From Eledone cirrhosa (Eukaryota): DNA of 64,000 nt. The translations under genes and the position numbers were made by a program. The notes beneath the pieces are model-generated. The model saw only the letters and a list, made by a program, of their open reading frames with translations, made no database searches and was not told where the DNA came from. The DNA is taken from the NCBI GenBank assembly GCA_964016885.1, contig OZ024757.1, positions 15,004,001 through 15,068,000 of the forward strand, given 5' to 3'. This document shows positions 61,365 through 64,000 of this stretch, in pieces; the stretch's first letter is position 1, and each line of letters starts with the position of its first letter.

Positions 61365-64000
61365 TGCGATTGGCAACTGTCTCCGAGGACTGGCAAAGAG
61401 CCGGGCCATGTTCCTCGTAAGAGCGCCGGCTCGCTGGATTTGACCTACCGGAGGATTCAGATACCGACCATACTAGTCCGTAGGGATACACCCGATAAAT
61501 TTACTCTGGAGTACTCTTGAGCGGTTTGAACTGCGGTCGGTACCTACCGGATTGACATCGGCACACCGTTCATGCCATATTGTCCTAATGGCGTTGGCCG
61601 TGGGACCACCCACTCTAAAAACAGGGAAAGGCGTCTCATGCTTTGAAAAAAAAAAAGCACGAGTTAAGTGCCAGCTACAATAGCCACCCTTGACGTGGGA
61701 AGAGAGCTTAAGTCTGTGGTTTGAGCTGTACGAGAGAGGCAGCTCTACCCCGCTTCCCCTTTTTTTTGTTTTTTTTTTGCGGTGGTTAGGGTTGACTCGG
61801 CAGGTTCTACCATTCTCGGTTGGTCGGCCACATTAAGACGAACTAATTGGTGCCTAAATTATGATGACACATATTTTGAATTCCATACGGCAGCTGGGGG
61901 CCGAAAATCCAGTGGCCGGAGGGAATGGGATGGGTCCCACCAGCCTGTCTCAGCGTTCTGTAATGGCCCGCTGCGATTGTCAACTGTCTCCGAGGACTGG
62001 CAAAGAGCCGGGCCATGTTCCTTGTAAGAGCGCCGGCTCACTGGATTTGACCCACCGGAGGTTTCAAATACCGACTATACTAGTTCGTAGGGATACACCC
62101 GATAAATTTATTCTGGAGTACCCAACCCACGCTTTGGTTTTGAGAGGCAAGCAACTGCCGTCGTGGCTCGCGTGCGACCCCATGGACTCTGTCTGTGAGG
62201 TTGGGCAAACAGTCGCGGGGGAGGACTGTCTCGAGATTCCGTGTAAGAGCGTAGTCATGTTCTGCTCGTGCTGTTCGCGTCATTTCTCGGACCCGTCTGG
62301 TGGGGCGGAGCATTTGCTGCGCTGTCATGAGCGAAAGGCAGTTTTTAGGTGCAGCAAATGCGGTAGGGAGAGTTGCCACCTGCATTCGCTCCGGGTGCAC
62401 GTGGGCCGATGCACGGGCAGGAGATGGGACGACATGCCCGCCGTCTCGGACTTGATCCACAGGTGCGGAGAGTGCGACCGTGCCTTCCGTACGGTCGCAG
62501 GAAGATCGCAGCACGAGAGGCATCGTCATCCAGTGGCAGCCAATCGCCGCAGGATCGCGAAACACGCAGAGGAGATCGGAAAGAAGCGTGCCTCTCGTGC
62601 TGCTGCTGCAGCCTCTCGTGAGAGAGCTGGGCAACCCCGCACCCGGGTTGGCCGTGGTTGTTGGTCCGAGCAGGAGGTTTCGGTCCTTCTCGAGAAGGAG
62701 GACGAGCTTCTTAGGGCGGGGTGTCGTCGTGTCAATCTTGGGATCGCTCCTTTCCTGCCCGGAAAGACTGTGAAACAGATTAGTTCGAAGAGGAGCGATC
62801 TAAGGAATAAAAAGAAACACTGTAAACAGTCCCCTACCCGTTCTGCAGGGTCGTTAGAAAGACGGCCGCCTAACCAGCCGAGTGGGGCGTCCATCCCGGT
62901 TGCATCTGATAGCGATTGGAGGAACTTGTTTGGCGAGGCGGTGGAGCAGGGGCGCTCCCAATGGTCCGCCGCTTTTGCCGAGTATCTTGTTACATTCTGT
63001 GATGAGATCACGGATGAGAGCTGGGATGCGTTCGCCGGGTTTGTCGACGAATGGGTGAACAATGTGTGCTCGAATAGAAGGCGTGGTGGAGCGCGAAACA
63101 CACGGAAAAAGAGTAGATTTAAAAGGCCCTATAAGAAAACTGGTAGAAAGAGTGCAAAGAGTTTGCTCTACGCTCGCTACCAGTTTTTGTATGACCGAGA
63201 CAGGAAGAAGCTCCTTACAGTAATTTTAGGCGAAGAGATGCAGGGGGTGTGTCCTGTCCCGATGGCGGACATCGCGTCTGCTTACGAGGACAGATTCTCC
63301 GTCCCTGGACCAGATGTGGATCTTAGCGCGTATCCCGCAACGGAGATGGTTAACAATGAGCCGCTTTTGCAGCCGTTTACCGTGTCCGAGGTGGTGGGTG
63401 CGCGTAGGTGTATGGATCCGCATTCGGCTCCGGGGCCCGACGGAATCACGCCCCAACAGGTGCGCGCAATCGACCCTGCAACTCTAGTGAACTTATTCAA
63501 CTGTTTGCTGCTAGCCGGGAGAGTTCCTGATATCTTGAAGCAGGGAAGGTCAGTCCTCATTCGCAAAAAGATGGACGGTCCGATCGACCTTTCCAATTGG
63601 AGACCCCTAACGATATGCTCTGCCATGTATCGTCTATACAGCAGGATTCTCTCCAAAAGAATGCTTCAGGTAACACCCCTGAACCCGGCCCAACGAGGGT
63701 TCATTAATGCGGACGGCTGCAGTGAGAATTTATTCTTACTGCAGCAACTAATCGCTCGCACTAGGGGTGGGCTAGCTCGATCGAGGATTCGGCAGTTGAA
63801 CGTGGCCTTCTTGGACCTTGCCAAGGCCTTCGATACTGTTCCGCACTCACTTGTGTTTGCGGGCATGAGAAGACTTGGATTTCACGAACACATGGTCGAA
63901 GTCGTGAGAGGTCTATACGAGGGCTGTGTCACAAAATTCTCGGTCGGAGCGGAAACGAGCAGAGCCATCTCGATCAGGCGAGGAGTACGGCAAGGAGATG
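61365..64000 (+). mobile_element. R2 lineage A, copy A4 (duplicated leader; runs off window end)
   Basis: Homology to A1. Confidence 0.95.
61861..64000 (+). CDS. R2 protein, apparently open reading frame to window end (partial)
   Basis: ATG at 61861 is in frame with RAISIRRGVRQGD at 63961; the ORF track lists no terminated ORF in this frame. Confidence 0.85.
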   Translation, partial: MMTHILNSIRQLGAENPVAGGNGMGPTSLSQRSVMARCDCQLSPRTGKEPGHVPCKSAGSLDLTHRRFQIPTILVRRDTPDKFILEYPTHALVLRGKQLPSWLACDPMDSVCEVGQTVAGEDCLEIPCKSVVMFCSCCSRHFSDPSGGAEHLLRCHERKAVFRCSKCGRESCHLHSLRVHVGRCTGRRWDDMPAVSDLIHRCGECDRAFRTVAGRSQHERHRHPVAANRRRIAKHAEEIGKKRASRAAAAASRERAGQPRTRVGRGCWSEQEVSVLLEKEDELLRAGCRRVNLGIAPFLPGKTVKQISSKRSDLRNKKKHCKQSPTRSAGSLERRPPNQPSGASIPVASDSDWRNLFGEAVEQGRSQWSAAFAEYLVTFCDEITDESWDAFAGFVDEWVNNVCSNRRRGGARNTRKKSRFKRPYKKTGRKSAKSLLYARYQFLYDRDRKKLLTVILGEEMQGVCPVPMADIASAYEDRFSVPGPDVDLSAYPATEMVNNEPLLQPFTVSEVVGARRCMDPHSAPGPDGITPQQVRAIDPATLVNLFNCLLLAGRVPDILKQGRSVLIRKKMDGPIDLSNWRPLTICSAMYRLYSRILSKRMLQVTPLNPAQRGFINADGCSENLFLLQQLIARTRGGLARSRIRQLNVAFLDLAKAFDTVPHSLVFAGMRRLGFHEHMVEVVRGLYEGCVTKFSVGAETSRAISIRRGVRQGD

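Overview
Eukaryotic (animal) repeat-saturated DNA with no recognisable host protein-coding gene. The SINE and piggyBac end sequences resemble cephalopod (Octopus-type) repeats, but that assignment is an inference. From left to right the window holds: a Penelope-like element interrupted by a Gypsy LTR fragment, with 3.4 kb duplicated; a Tx1/L1 fragment; two RTE LINEs; a Helitron; a second Penelope fragment; a parvovirus-like endogenous viral element flanked by Gypsy pieces; an R4/Dong-like LINE carrying a SINE and a Gypsy insert; a second Tx1 fragment; a short 28S rDNA piece ending at the R2 target site; and a 24-kb head-to-tail array of R2 (three zinc-finger, clade A) retrotransposons. The array contains two coding lineages (called A and B here), a non-coding derivative (C), a piggyBac transposon and a captured CRESS-DNA-virus Rep fragment. 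The most notable signals are: (i) a ~300-nt covarying structured RNA leader shared by all three R2 lineages and ending just before the AUG (IRES/ribozyme candidate); (ii) an ORF-less R2 satellite built only from the structured RNA modules; (iii) ssDNA-virus fragments captured in a strongly co-oriented transposon cluster reminiscent of a uni-strand piRNA cluster. All structure calls were made by eye and boundaries marked ~ are approximate.
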